Positions 24,695 through 37,250 are shown, counted from the first letter of the whole stretch. The stretch is 63,995 nucleotides of DNA, filler included, from Lama guanicoe (GCA_013239625.1; 199 parts of 199 records of this genome joined end to end with filler, not necessarily neighbours in it); one strand, 5' to 3'. Notes: generated from the sequence alone by a model not told the origin. Made by a program: numbers and translations.

Positions 24695-26404
24695 NNNNNN
24701 NNNNNNNNNNNNNNNNNNNNNNNNNNNNNNNNNNNNNNTTAATTAATTAANNNNNNNNNNNNNNNNNNNNNNNNNNNNNNNNNNNNNNNNNNNNGAATAA
24801 GAACCAATACCATCTAGCATTCCTCGCAATCCAGGCACCCTCCTGATCTCTGTATGTACGGGTCTTATTTAACTTCCCTGATGATGAGGCATTAGTCATT
24901 CCTTGGGTGTGATAAAGATAGTCTTTCTGCCCCTCTTCCATAGATGAAGAAGTTGAAGTTCACGGTGGGAAGTGATGTGCTGTACTCTCTGCAGCCGGCG
25001 GGGGGCGTGGGAGGGTNNNNNNNNNNNNNNNNNNNNNNNNNNNNNNNNNNNNNNNNNNNNTTAATTAATTAANNNNNNNNNNNNNNNNNNNNNNNNNNNN
25101 NNNNNNNNNNNNNNNNTTCTCATTCTGCACAAAGTTTAAAGTACCTCCCTGCCTCTATCTCCTCCATTTCCTAAGCTCAATCTCCCTAATCTTTCTGAAA
25201 CAAGTATGAGAAAGTCTTATTCCCAATATGCCAAATGAAAAAAGTATATCAATTTATTTGTGTAAATATATGCCTACACCTTGAAATGTAGGCGAAAGTT
25301 ATCAGAAGTCTATATGGAACTTCTTTCTACCTTCCTGANNNNNNNNNNNNNNNNNNNNNNNNNNNNNNNNNNNNNNNNNNNNTTAATTAATTAANNNNNN
25401 NNNNNNNNNNNNNNNNNNNNNNNNNNNNNNNNNNNNNNGCTATTATTATGACTTTTATTACTATTAAAATTGCTCTAAGGAATATTCGACACTCGGAAGA
25501 GAGATGATACAGGAGCTCACAGCAAACGAGCAGTAGGGAAACACGCAGGAAGAAGGCCTCTGAGGCAGCACTATCTAACATGGTACTTGAAGCCTAACTG
25601 GACGTTCAAAGGGTAAATATGAGGAAGGAACAATCCAGGCAGAGGAAACAGGATTTATGGNNNNNNNNNNNNNNNNNNNNNNNNNNNNNNNNNNNNNNNN
25701 NNNNTTAATTAATTAANNNNNNNNNNNNNNNNNNNNNNNNNNNNNNNNNNNNNNNNNNNNTAAGTGTTAAATCTAATAATAAGTTTTTACTATTTTCTAT
25801 TTTGTTTTGATTTTAAAACTCTTAGGAGGTGCTGATCATTTACTTCAAATAAAAAGTCTGACTGCCTACATTTCATAAGTAACTTGGGGAGAGGAATAAG
25901 TCTTCCATAGAAAAGAATCTGAAAAATTCAATTGATGAAGTGATGATATTTAGAAAACAAACTTTGGCATAACTAATAAAAGNNNNNNNNNNNNNNNNNN
26001 NNNNNNNNNNNNNNNNNNNNNNNNNNTTAATTAATTAANNNNNNNNNNNNNNNNNNNNNNNNNNNNNNNNNNNNNNNNNNNNTTCAGTTTTCCTTGCATC
26101 ACAGCAATGACAGTTGGCTTAAATATGTCAATTTACAGAGCTGGAATTTGCAGTCCATGGTGCAATATGAAAAAGCAAGTACGCCATCCCTTGTATATAG
26201 AAATAATGGTCACAGCCCAGCAGAGGTGTCAGCAGGCCCCAGATGGTTGAGCAGAAGAGAAAATAGAAGTGTCCATAGGTGCTGTTCTCCCACGTCGGTC
26301 AGCANNNNNNNNNNNNNNNNNNNNNNNNNNNNNNNNNNNNNNNNNNNNTTAATTAATTAANNNNNNNNNNNNNNNNNNNNNNNNNNNNNNNNNNNNNNNN
26401 NNNN

Positions 26405-26490
26405 GCAAATGCTTAGCATGCACGAGGTCCTGGATTCAATCTCCAGTACCTCTATTTAAAAAAATAAAAAAAGTATTAAAAAAAAGAAAT
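26405..26490 (+). mobile_element. tRNA-Ala-derived SINE, 3' part with A-rich tail (vic-1-like)
   Basis: tgcttagcatgcacgaggtcctggattcaatctccagtacctc corresponds to the tRNA-Ala(AGC) anticodon and T arms (B box), followed by an A-rich tail. Confidence 0.85.
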
Positions 26491-27048
26491 AAGCCTTGTA
26501 GAGAAAAGAAACTGGTTCATTTTAACAAGGTTAGATACCTAGTTTGCAGTATTGGGGGAAAGGAATTGACGAAGAAAAGGAAACCTGTCTCTCTAAAGAT
26601 AAATCAAAATGGAGGAAGGAAATTGTNNNNNNNNNNNNNNNNNNNNNNNNNNNNNNNNNNNNNNNNNNNNTTAATTAATTAANNNNNNNNNNNNNNNNNN
26701 NNNNNNNNNNNNNNNNNNNNNNNNNNGGCTTGCCCAAGGCCAGTGAAGCAGCCTGGTCTATTATTAACTGTGACATGGGATCAGACGGCCCCTTGTGTGA
26801 GTTTCTGTGGCCTGTCCGTCATCAGGAGCACCCCTTTCCAGCACTGCTTACAAGGGAAGGACCAGAGGAAGGAAAAAAAGAAGATGAAGGAAAAAAAATA
26901 TCTGTAACCCCATCTCTCCAGATATGATCCTAAGTGAACAAATACCCTNNNNNNNNNNNNNNNNNNNNNNNNNNNNNNNNNNNNNNNNNNNNTTAATTAA
27001 TTAANNNNNNNNNNNNNNNNNNNNNNNNNNNNNNNNNNNNNNNNNNNN

Positions 27049-27270
27049 CCACCAGCAGACCAATGACATATGTGTTGGTGCAGGCAAGCTCCAGCAAGGG
27101 GTACAAGTCACAAACAAAGTGATTGATCATGTTAGGTCCACAGAAGGGCAACTGAAGGACCAGCAGAAGCTGAACCAATGAATGCAGGAAGCCTCCCAGC
27201 CAAGCCATCCCCACCAGCATGGCACAGAGGTGCCTGGTCATGATGGTCGTGTAGTGCAGGGGCTTGCAGA
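27049..27270 (-). CDS. Olfactory receptor family 4C fragment (IC2-TM4-EC2-TM5 start), OR4C3-like
   Basis: Open across the contig: [73 protein letters not shown], with the OR motifs CKPLHY, LPFCGPN and HFxCD. Confidence 0.95.
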
Positions 27271-27814
27271 NNNNNNNNNNNNNNNNNNNNNNNNNNNNNN
27301 NNNNNNNNNNNNNNTTAATTAATTAANNNNNNNNNNNNNNNNNNNNNNNNNNNNNNNNNNNNNNNNNNNNGGAGACTGAGGCAGGAGAGGCAAGGGTCAG
27401 GCGCGGGCCAGCCACCCAGGTCTGCAGCCTGCATCCTCCCTTCATCTGCCTCTTCTGGGTGGGGACACGAAGCTGCATGAAGGTACGCTGATGGGGGCTC
27501 ATTGTGTCTGCGGCCTTGGGGGTTGGTCCCTGGGTGGCCATGTGGAGAGTCAGGGTGGTGAGTGACCGGGACAGTTGGGGACAGTGAGTGACNNNNNNNN
27601 NNNNNNNNNNNNNNNNNNNNNNNNNNNNNNNNNNNNTTAATTAATTAANNNNNNNNNNNNNNNNNNNNNNNNNNNNNNNNNNNNNNNNNNNNACCTTATT
27701 CACCTTATAACTGAAGGCTTGTACTCTTTTACCAATCTCTCTCTATGCCCCTGGAACCCACTGTTCAAATCTCCTGTTCACTTTTTTTTTATGGGTTGTT
27801 ATTGTAATTCATTA

Positions 27815-27914
27815 TCGTTGCATAAAGTCCACCCCAAAACTTGGTGGCTTAAACAGCAACAAAGTTGTCCTTTGCTCATGAGTCTTCAGTTGGAGCAGGA
27901 CTTGGCCTCAGCTG
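27815..27914 (-). mobile_element. MLT1-type MaLR LTR 3' end
   Basis: gttgcataaagtccaccccaaaacttggtggcttaaacagcaac...gctcatgagtct. Confidence 0.65.
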
Positions 27915-28658
27915 NNNNNNNNNNNNNNNNNNNNNNNNNNNNNNNNNNNNNNNNNNNNTTAATTAATTAANNNNNNNNNNNNNNNNNNNNNNNNNNNNNN
28001 NNNNNNNNNNNNNNTTGAAAGGTATTTGTAACATGAGGGAATTTTGCATGGGGATTTGACCTTATATAACTGTAACTAATATTTACAATAATTTAGTTAG
28101 GACTAGCATGTCATATGAGCATATTACAATGGGAACAACTGTGAAATACACATTGACCTGAGAAAAAGAATCAAATGTAAATTAAACATACAGGACATGG
28201 AAAATTACCAAAGCAAGCTCTTAAGTGAGTAGCTGTNNNNNNNNNNNNNNNNNNNNNNNNNNNNNNNNNNNNNNNNNNNNTTAATTAATTAANNNNNNNN
28301 NNNNNNNNNNNNNNNNNNNNNNNNNNNNNNNNNNNNAACTGCGTTGATCCTGTTACCCTCCTGGCCTGTCCCCTTTGCACGAGCCCCCAGTTTTTGTTTT
28401 CCTTGTTAATGTTTCACCCAGGCGTGGTCTGGGTAGCGCAGAGCACTTGGACACTTGCTTGGCTGTATCTGTGGACAGCTTCTGCTCACGGAACCGGGTG
28501 TAGCATCACAGAGTGATTCTAGGGCATCGTGGACTCGTATCTTGCTTCTATTTTACCANNNNNNNNNNNNNNNNNNNNNNNNNNNNNNNNNNNNNNNNNN
28601 NNTTAATTAATTAANNNNNNNNNNNNNNNNNNNNNNNNNNNNNNNNNNNNNNNNNNNN

Positions 28659-28880
28659 CTGTCATTGTTCTTATCTATTGTTTTTTAGTCTCTAATTTCA
28701 TTGCTTTCTGCTTTAATATTTATTATTTCATTCTACCTGTTAGCTTTGTGCATGCTGTATTCTTCATTTTCTAAGTTTCTTGAGGTGTAAAGTTAGGTTA
28801 TGTATTTCGTATCTTTCTTTTGCATAACATGGGCATTTATAACTATGAACTTCCCTCAGAACTGCAGCTTTGGCTGCACT
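28659..28880 (-). mobile_element. LINE-1 ORF2 fragment (downstream of the endonuclease domain)
   Basis: ttcttgaggtgtaaagttaggtt...gggcatttataactatgaacttccctcagaactgc, the antisense of the AVLRGKFI motif. Confidence 0.85.
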
Positions 28881-29302
28881 NNNNNNNNNNNNNNNNNNNN
28901 NNNNNNNNNNNNNNNNNNNNNNNNTTAATTAATTAANNNNNNNNNNNNNNNNNNNNNNNNNNNNNNNNNNNNNNNNNNNNTATGCTTCCTTATTTCCTAA
29001 AAGTTTGATTGAACACTGTACGACATCAATCTGAAGGCCAGGCTCACAGGGCAGTTTATTCCACCTCTGGGTTTCAGTGGCTGTCCCAAAACCATGGGGC
29101 TGAATGGAAGAAGGGCATCACCTGCTGGACTTACTAAATCATCCTACTCATTTTGTAACTCCATCCACCAATTACGCAAAGGCTTTTGTTAAAACGCAGC
29201 TANNNNNNNNNNNNNNNNNNNNNNNNNNNNNNNNNNNNNNNNNNNNTTAATTAATTAANNNNNNNNNNNNNNNNNNNNNNNNNNNNNNNNNNNNNNNNNN
29301 NN

Positions 29303-29524
29303 ATTTTGTCAAGTGCTTTTTGTATGTCTATTAAGATGATAGTATGACTTTGTCCTTCATTTTGTTAATGTGATGTATCACAGTGATTCGTGTATGTTGA
29401 ATCATCCTTGCAGCACAGGGATGATCCAGCGTGATCATGGTGTGTGATCCTTTTAATGTGCTTTTTTTGGGGGGGATATATATATATATATTTTTTTATT
29501 GAAGTATAGTCAGTTTACAATGTT
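29303..29524 (-). mobile_element. LINE-1 ORF2 (RT) fragment interrupted by the 3' tail of a second L1
   Basis: attttgtcaagtgcttttt...gttgaatcatccttgc...gatcatggtgtgtgatccttttaatgtg, then (G)7(AT)n(T)n-attgaagtatagtcagtttacaatgtt (antisense L1 3' terminus). Confidence 0.85.
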
Positions 29525-29754
29525 NNNNNNNNNNNNNNNNNNNNNNNNNNNNNNNNNNNNNNNNNNNNTTAATTAATTAANNNNNNNNNNNNNNNNNNNN
29601 NNNNNNNNNNNNNNNNNNNNNNNNACAGGCCAACGAACTCTGTAAGTATGGCCACATCTAACATTCTTCAAAATAATGCAGACAGGATCAGAGTTACAGT
29701 TTCCTTCTGTGCCCCGAACTTAACTTCCTTCTACAACTAAATCCAGGTTCTTAC

Positions 29755-29846
29755 CTTCAGATCCAACTTCCGCTCCTTCTCAGCCAGCTGCTGTGAGTGC
29801 CTGTCACAAAGCCCCTTCCTCTCACCAGGGTCTGAGTCCTCCTCGT
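29755..29846 (-). CDS. 3' part of a candidate coding exon, charged/coiled-coil-like peptide, gene unidentified
   Basis: Open frame EEDSDPGERKGLCDRHSQQLAEKERKLDLK ending in a strong phase-0 donor AAG|GTAAGA. Confidence 0.6.
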
Positions 29847-30912
29847 NNNNNNNNNNNNNNNNNNNNNNNNNNNNNNNNNNNNNNNNNNNNTTAATTAATT
29901 AANNNNNNNNNNNNNNNNNNNNNNNNNNNNNNNNNNNNNNNNNNNNTTAGTTGTAGGAATTGTGCCAAGCATAAATGGGAAGAGACTCAAGGTGTAAAGG
30001 TGAATTACCATGCAAACATCGTAAGTTCCTAATATTAATCTAGCATTGCAAGGAAATATTATGTTGGTCTTAATTTTAATGAGGAAAATGGATTCAGTCG
30101 GGGAAAATGTCATTGTGCTCCTATGCAAAGTCACTTTGGATGAAAGAAAATATTTTTCGCTAAGTCAANNNNNNNNNNNNNNNNNNNNNNNNNNNNNNNN
30201 NNNNNNNNNNNNTTAATTAATTAANNNNNNNNNNNNNNNNNNNNNNNNNNNNNNNNNNNNNNNNNNNNGCTCTGGAGCTTCTTCCTTCACAGCTGAGGTT
30301 TAACAATGTCTTCCTGAAGGCACACCTCCACCTCTTCACAGCCAACTGTTACAAGAAACTATTACCATTTCTATTAAATATGTACACCTTAATCTCTGTA
30401 AAGAAGATACAAGACCTCTAAAAAGTGATTATCTCAAATCCAAATGAATGGACAGATGCCTCCATTATAAAATTCCATGGATTTAAAAAANNNNNNNNNN
30501 NNNNNNNNNNNNNNNNNNNNNNNNNNNNNNNNNNTTAATTAATTAANNNNNNNNNNNNNNNNNNNNNNNNNNNNNNNNNNNNNNNNNNNNATTAGTCTGC
30601 ATGACGACCTAGATGATTTAAACACTGGGGAAACATCTCCAACAGTCACGGTGACCTTTTAGGGTTTGGAGTGCCAAGGATATTTAATGCATTACTCCTC
30701 ATCCCTCCAGCCACCCTGTAAGACCTGCATGTCACCCACATTTTACCGACAGGAAGAGCCAAACTCAGGGGAGTCTGGCGACTTTCCACGGCCCTTAGTC
30801 CCTGGTATAACGNNNNNNNNNNNNNNNNNNNNNNNNNNNNNNNNNNNNNNNNNNNNTTAATTAATTAANNNNNNNNNNNNNNNNNNNNNNNNNNNNNNNN
30901 NNNNNNNNNNNN

Positions 30913-30956
<44 letters not shown>
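30913..30956. repeat. (TA)22 microsatellite, truncated by the contig edge
   Basis: Direct read. Confidence 0.98.
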
Positions 30957-30958
<2 letters not shown>

Positions 30959-31132
30959 AAACCCTAAAATCTTTACAAAAACTATTAGAACTAATACACA
31001 AATTTAGTAAAGTTGTAGAATACAAGGATTAATATACATAAATTGGTTGCTTTTCTATACACTAATAATTAACTATCAGAAAGAGAACCTGCACCCCAAT
31101 GTTCATAGCAGCACTATTTACAATAGCCAAAA
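30957..31132 (+). mobile_element. Two joined LINE-1 ORF2 pieces (RT region, then C-terminal region)
   Basis: aaaaccctaaa...aaaactattagaactaata...tcagaaagaga (KLLELI region), then from about 31087 acctgcaccccaatgttcatagcagcactatttacaatagccaa (TCTPMFIAALFTIAK). Confidence 0.88.
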
Positions 31133-31232
31133 NNNNNNNNNNNNNNNNNNNNNNNNNNNNNNNNNNNNNNNNNNNNTTAATTAATTAANNNNNNNNNNNN
31201 NNNNNNNNNNNNNNNNNNNNNNNNNNNNNNNN

Positions 31233-31454
31233 AGAAGATAGAAATTATCTCAAGCATCTTTACTGATCACAATGCCATGAAGCTAGAAATCAACTATAGA
31301 GAAACAAAGGAGAAAAAAGGAAAGCATGGAGATTAAACAAAATGCTACTACAAAACCAATGGGCCAATGATGAAATCAAAGTTGAAATTAAAAAATAACT
31401 TGAGACATTTTGGAGTAGGGTTCCTTCTGGATATATGCCCAGGAGCAGGATTCC
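31233..31454. mobile_element. LINE-1 endonuclease-domain fragment (+) joined to an inverted L1 ORF2 C-terminal fragment (-)
   Basis: KIEIISSIFTDHNAMKLEINY... on + up to about 31407. From 31408 the sequence is the antisense of ggaatcctgctcctgggcatatatccagaagg, which matches 60061-60090. Confidence 0.88.
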
Positions 31455-32198
31455 NNNNNNNNNNNNNNNNNNNNNNNNNNNNNNNNNNNNNNNNNNNNTT
31501 AATTAATTAANNNNNNNNNNNNNNNNNNNNNNNNNNNNNNNNNNNNNNNNNNNNAATGAAATTTTGATATGATTTCAATGAGAATACCAGCTAAAGGGTG
31601 GCAATTTAAATATGGTTTGCTAATCATTTGGTTTATGACTAAAATCATATCTTTTCATGATGGTTATTTATAAAATATTTTTGTCTAAATCCCATCTGCT
31701 CATCACAGAGAATAGTTTAGACCACAGTTTTTGAAGAAAGAAACTAGGGTAGATTTTTAATAGATTTCCCAGTAAANNNNNNNNNNNNNNNNNNNNNNNN
31801 NNNNNNNNNNNNNNNNNNNNTTAATTAATTAANNNNNNNNNNNNNNNNNNNNNNNNNNNNNNNNNNNNNNNNNNNNAAACAGTTCCTTTCAGTTGGAAAT
31901 TAGAGTACGTACATATATATGGGGAGGTACAAGTAAACATTCTGGTTTACAGTGAAATTTGCAAGAACCTCAAATGGGATCTAGGATGCAGACTTGGAAC
32001 CCAGAATCAGTGTGTCTACTTCAACACATTCCATTTGTGCTAGATGAAAGATCGTCTCTCCACATGCTTAATTCTGAGAGATAAGTGTGTGCGAAATCNN
32101 NNNNNNNNNNNNNNNNNNNNNNNNNNNNNNNNNNNNNNNNNNTTAATTAATTAANNNNNNNNNNNNNNNNNNNNNNNNNNNNNNNNNNNNNNNNNNNN

Positions 32199-32420
32199 AT
32201 AAAAAGAACACTTAAATTTCAAAAATAAGAAGTAATCTAATTAAAAACCTGAACAAAAAAAACAAAAAAGACTCATCAAAAAATGTACGGATGGTGAATA
32301 AGCATATAAAAAGATGTTCAACATCATTTATCATTATGGAACTGGAAATTAAAACAACAGTGAGTACACAGCTATTATGAATGGCTTAAATTCTAAAAAC
32401 TAACAATACCAATTGTTGGT
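32199..32420 (+). mobile_element. Old LINE-1 ORF2 3' fragment
   Basis: gatggtgaataagcatataaaaagatgttcaacatcatt...aaattaaaacaacagtgag. Confidence 0.85.
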
Positions 32421-33164
32421 NNNNNNNNNNNNNNNNNNNNNNNNNNNNNNNNNNNNNNNNNNNNTTAATTAATTAANNNNNNNNNNNNNNNNNNNNNNNN
32501 NNNNNNNNNNNNNNNNNNNNGGACCAACCTGGAGGGGAGAAGGCAGGAACGCGTAGGGTCATGGCCTGACGGGGACTTGGGAGTCCTCCTCTCCCAGAAC
32601 AGGCTCCATGAGGGCAGAAATGGGAAGATTATTCACCCAGGGCCAAGAGAACGCTGGTCTCATACCACTGCCATGAGCACGGTAGTTCCTTACGTTTGTA
32701 CCTCATGTCATCACTTACAAAGTCTTCTTCCAGGCTTTGTCANNNNNNNNNNNNNNNNNNNNNNNNNNNNNNNNNNNNNNNNNNNNTTAATTAATTAANN
32801 NNNNNNNNNNNNNNNNNNNNNNNNNNNNNNNNNNNNNNNNNNTGGATTTCTGCCTGGCAGCATGGGGCTTCCATGGTGTCTTTGTCCCTAACGTATGAGT
32901 GGGGGTCAGAGGGCATGGGTGGAGACAGACAAAGAGATGTCCACGGAGGCAGGAGGACCCTAAATCACTAGGGAGTCTGATCTCTCAGTGAAATGGGATA
33001 ATGTTCGTGTTTCTCGGTGGAAGCATTTCCCCTACAGAACTAAGACCCCAGGCCAGCAGGGTGGNNNNNNNNNNNNNNNNNNNNNNNNNNNNNNNNNNNN
33101 NNNNNNNNTTAATTAATTAANNNNNNNNNNNNNNNNNNNNNNNNNNNNNNNNNNNNNNNNNNNN

Positions 33165-33386
33165 GAAAGATATCCCATGTTCTGCCATTGGAAGAATTAA
33201 TCTTGTTAAAATGGCCATGCTGCCCAAAGCAATCTACAGATTTAATGAGATCCTTATCAAATTGCCCAAGACGTTTTTCACAGAACTAGAACAAATCATC
33301 CTAAAATTTATATGGAATTACGAAAGACCCAGAATTACCAAAGCATTACTGAACAAAAAGAAAAGAGATGGAGGAATAAACCTTCC
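33165..33386 (+). mobile_element. LINE-1 ORF2 fragment, open frame
   Basis: [73 protein letters not shown]. Confidence 0.97.
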
Positions 33387-33486
33387 NNNNNNNNNNNNNN
33401 NNNNNNNNNNNNNNNNNNNNNNNNNNNNNNTTAATTAATTAANNNNNNNNNNNNNNNNNNNNNNNNNNNNNNNNNNNNNNNNNNNN

Positions 33487-33708
33487 GCCAGGGGTCCCAG
33501 GGCTAGTGTTGGCCCACTGGTGGCTGGATCCAGGTTCCAGGGTGGGTGATTGTGGGCCTGGGGCTACCAGCTCCAGTGTCAGCCTACCAGTTCCCGATGG
33601 GGCTGGCTGTGAGGTCCTGGGAGGTCCAAAGCTGGTGTCAGGTCACTGTTTAATGGGCATGGATTCTGGGGCAGCTGGATCAGGAGTCCAAGGTGTCTTG
33701 GAGCTGGT
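33487..33708 (-). mobile_element. Probable LINE-1 5' UTR degenerate tandem-repeat region (cetartiodactyl L1)
   Basis: Recurrent units like ggggtcccagggctagtgttggcccactgg, gctggtgtcagg and tcttggagctggt. The family is assigned from recall. Confidence 0.55.
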
Positions 33709-36700
33709 NNNNNNNNNNNNNNNNNNNNNNNNNNNNNNNNNNNNNNNNNNNNTTAATTAATTAANNNNNNNNNNNNNNNNNNNNNNNNNNNNNNNNNNNN
33801 NNNNNNNNAGGCATATAATTAAAATAAATGAACAAACCAACCAACCAACCTAATTACTTCCCCCCAAAATAAAAATTTAAAACAAAAACAAAAAAAACAA
33901 AGATAGCTTGTTCCTTTTATACGTGTGTGAACGGGGAGACAGGTCTACCACAAAGCTGAACACACTAGCAGTAGTTCTGACTGGTGGGGTTTGGAATAAC
34001 TCACACTTTTTTCTTCATGTTCTTTAATATNNNNNNNNNNNNNNNNNNNNNNNNNNNNNNNNNNNNNNNNNNNNTTAATTAATTAANNNNNNNNNNNNNN
34101 NNNNNNNNNNNNNNNNNNNNNNNNNNNNNNTGTGGTCTCCCCCTTCCCTCACACCCTCACATAGAGGTGGCTGACTGACGGCTCTTATCCCTGGAGTGCG
34201 TAGTCATGTTTAGTCCCTTTGCGCACGTCCTTACCCATGGTGTACACAGAAAAACCCAAAGGGGGAGCCTAAACCGCAATGTTAATTATAATGCAATGAA
34301 CACGGGGTTGTGTCTGGTCAGGTCCTTTCTGTTATGCACAGTCATCATGGCTNNNNNNNNNNNNNNNNNNNNNNNNNNNNNNNNNNNNNNNNNNNNTTAA
34401 TTAATTAANNNNNNNNNNNNNNNNNNNNNNNNNNNNNNNNNNNNNNNNNNNNCCAACACATTTCCAGGAATCACCTCCTCAAACTTCTTTCCAAACCCAC
34501 CAAGGTCTTCACTCTTACCACATCCCTTCCCGGTTCCAGTTTAACCCAGTGTTCCCAGAAGCAGCACCCTCATGATGGCAATCATAAAATTTGGAAGGCC
34601 CCACTCTTTCTTTCCAATAGCCTGGTTTCTCTAAGGTTTTAAGGGGCTATGGAGCTGTCTTGTTGATCCAGAGANNNNNNNNNNNNNNNNNNNNNNNNNN
34701 NNNNNNNNNNNNNNNNNNTTAATTAATTAANNNNNNNNNNNNNNNNNNNNNNNNNNNNNNNNNNNNNNNNNNNNTAGAGCAGTGAACAGGTAAGGTGTCC
34801 AGATGCCCGGCGCCAGGCACGTTTATCCTTTTTGAGCATGACTTGCATTTAGGTTGCAATCCAGGCGGCACCTTAACACCCACCTACACGTAATTGAAAC
34901 CAAAGCTTATGAAACAATAGTTGCCCCCGCTCTGTGGATTGCACTCCGATCTATTCTAGACACATATTTCATTTTCAGAATGCAGGTCTTGACCTANNNN
35001 NNNNNNNNNNNNNNNNNNNNNNNNNNNNNNNNNNNNNNNNTTAATTAATTAANNNNNNNNNNNNNNNNNNNNNNNNNNNNNNNNNNNNNNNNNNNNCTGG
35101 GGCACAATAACCAGTTTGCATTAACCTGTCCTTCGATGCTGACGGCCTTCCCTGGGGACTTCAGTCTCGGGCCCCAGGCACCCGGGATACAGTTACCATC
35201 GCGTTACTCTGCCCCTGGTAGCCACCAGCGGAGGGCGCTGGAATTGTGATGTGGACTCATTTGTGGAGACTTCTTCCCACACCTTCCCCTTTCACTGAGC
35301 ACGTGCTTCCTCCAGGGGNNNNNNNNNNNNNNNNNNNNNNNNNNNNNNNNNNNNNNNNNNNNTTAATTAATTAANNNNNNNNNNNNNNNNNNNNNNNNNN
35401 NNNNNNNNNNNNNNNNNNAGTGCCTGGCCCGTGTCCAGCCCAGGGAGCATGTGGACCGTGGCCATGCATGGGCCTTCCACCCATAGGGTGGTCGTGAGGA
35501 GTAAATAAAGTAATCAGAGCGAAGTGCTGTGTTCTCAAGCCTCCCATACACCCTTCCCTGCCCCCAGGGCCTGAAATATCTACCTTTTTTGGCCCCCCAC
35601 CCCTCATCCCTGCCCCGATGCAGCAGATGACAGTGCTGGGNNNNNNNNNNNNNNNNNNNNNNNNNNNNNNNNNNNNNNNNNNNNTTAATTAATTAANNNN
35701 NNNNNNNNNNNNNNNNNNNNNNNNNNNNNNNNNNNNNNNNGGCGGGGGGTGGAGATGACACTGCACACAACAGAGCATCTGAGTAGTGGTACGTGAGGAA
35801 AGAGGAACAATGGAAAAAAGAAAAAGGGCAGAGTAAAGAGAGTCAGGAGTATGGGCGAGGGTGACTGTGTAATAAGTACCAGAGCAGGCCCACATTGAGG
35901 ACTGAGGTTAGGATTAGGACTAGGAGGTGAGAAGGCCCAGGCGGACGGAACAACCAGCGCCGNNNNNNNNNNNNNNNNNNNNNNNNNNNNNNNNNNNNNN
36001 NNNNNNTTAATTAATTAANNNNNNNNNNNNNNNNNNNNNNNNNNNNNNNNNNNNNNNNNNNNCGTCTCCTGCCCTGTGCGAAAATAAACTGCAGGTGAAT
36101 TCAAGTCCCAGATAGGAACAGCAAAGCTTAACACCCGCAGACAAGTGTACAGGAGAGCACTCTCATGATTGCGGGGTAAGGGAACAGGGCCACAGGCACA
36201 AATTATACTGCAAAAGACTGCACAGCGTTACGGCCGAGGGCTCCTGTCCAACCCTCACAAACACCACACGTAAAATTTTTAAAANNNNNNNNNNNNNNNN
36301 NNNNNNNNNNNNNNNNNNNNNNNNNNNNTTAATTAATTAANNNNNNNNNNNNNNNNNNNNNNNNNNNNNNNNNNNNNNNNNNNNGGGTTGGTGGCAAGGT
36401 TTCTCTGCAGGTTTCTGACATTACAACATCATGTGTTGTCCCAAGCTGAGGCAGGAATGGAGAGACCAAGAGGCGAGGACTGGTCCAAGGCTGCTGGCTG
36501 GTCACAGGCCAGGCTTGGCGCAGCAGCCGGACTTCCTGCCGCCCAGGCTGCCTGGCGCTCTGTCCAAGCACAGTTGCCAGAGTGGCTGAGGTTGCTGATT
36601 ACAAAGNNNNNNNNNNNNNNNNNNNNNNNNNNNNNNNNNNNNNNNNNNNNTTAATTAATTAANNNNNNNNNNNNNNNNNNNNNNNNNNNNNNNNNNNNNN

Positions 36701-37028
36701 NNNNNNCAGTACCTGAGCTGCAATGAAGCCAGAATGAGAAGAGCAAGCCTTTCCTAGAATCAGAGTTTCTCCAGCTCCACTCTCTGTGAACAACATTGAA
36801 CTCCGTAAAGGTCAAATAGTCTGGACTTAAATAGACAGGAATTGAATACTCAGCTCCCACAAAGAAACGATGGCCTTAAGCTAGATTCAGCAAATGCTGG
36901 GTTTATGTCTTCTCTGGAGTGAAGGGAGNNNNNNNNNNNNNNNNNNNNNNNNNNNNNNNNNNNNNNNNNNNNTTAATTAATTAANNNNNNNNNNNNNNNN
37001 NNNNNNNNNNNNNNNNNNNNNNNNNNNN

Positions 37029-37250
37029 CTGCCAAGACTGAATAAAGAGAAAACTGAGAACTTGAATAGAGCAATCAGTTTAAGTTAAATAAAATGTATA
37101 ATTTGGAAACACCCCTTGAACAAAATGCCTGGATTCCTTCACTAAAACCGCTTTCCCCCAACTATTTTCAAAAATGAAGGAGGAAAGACAATTCCCAAAG
37201 GTATTCCATGAGGCCACCATTACCCTTATAACAAAACCAGTAAAAGACAC
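37029..37250 (+). mobile_element. LINE-1 ORF2 fragment, degraded
   Basis: ctgccaagactgaataaaga...ttgaataga...ttccatgaggccaccattacccttataacaaaaccagtaaaagacac. Confidence 0.85.
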
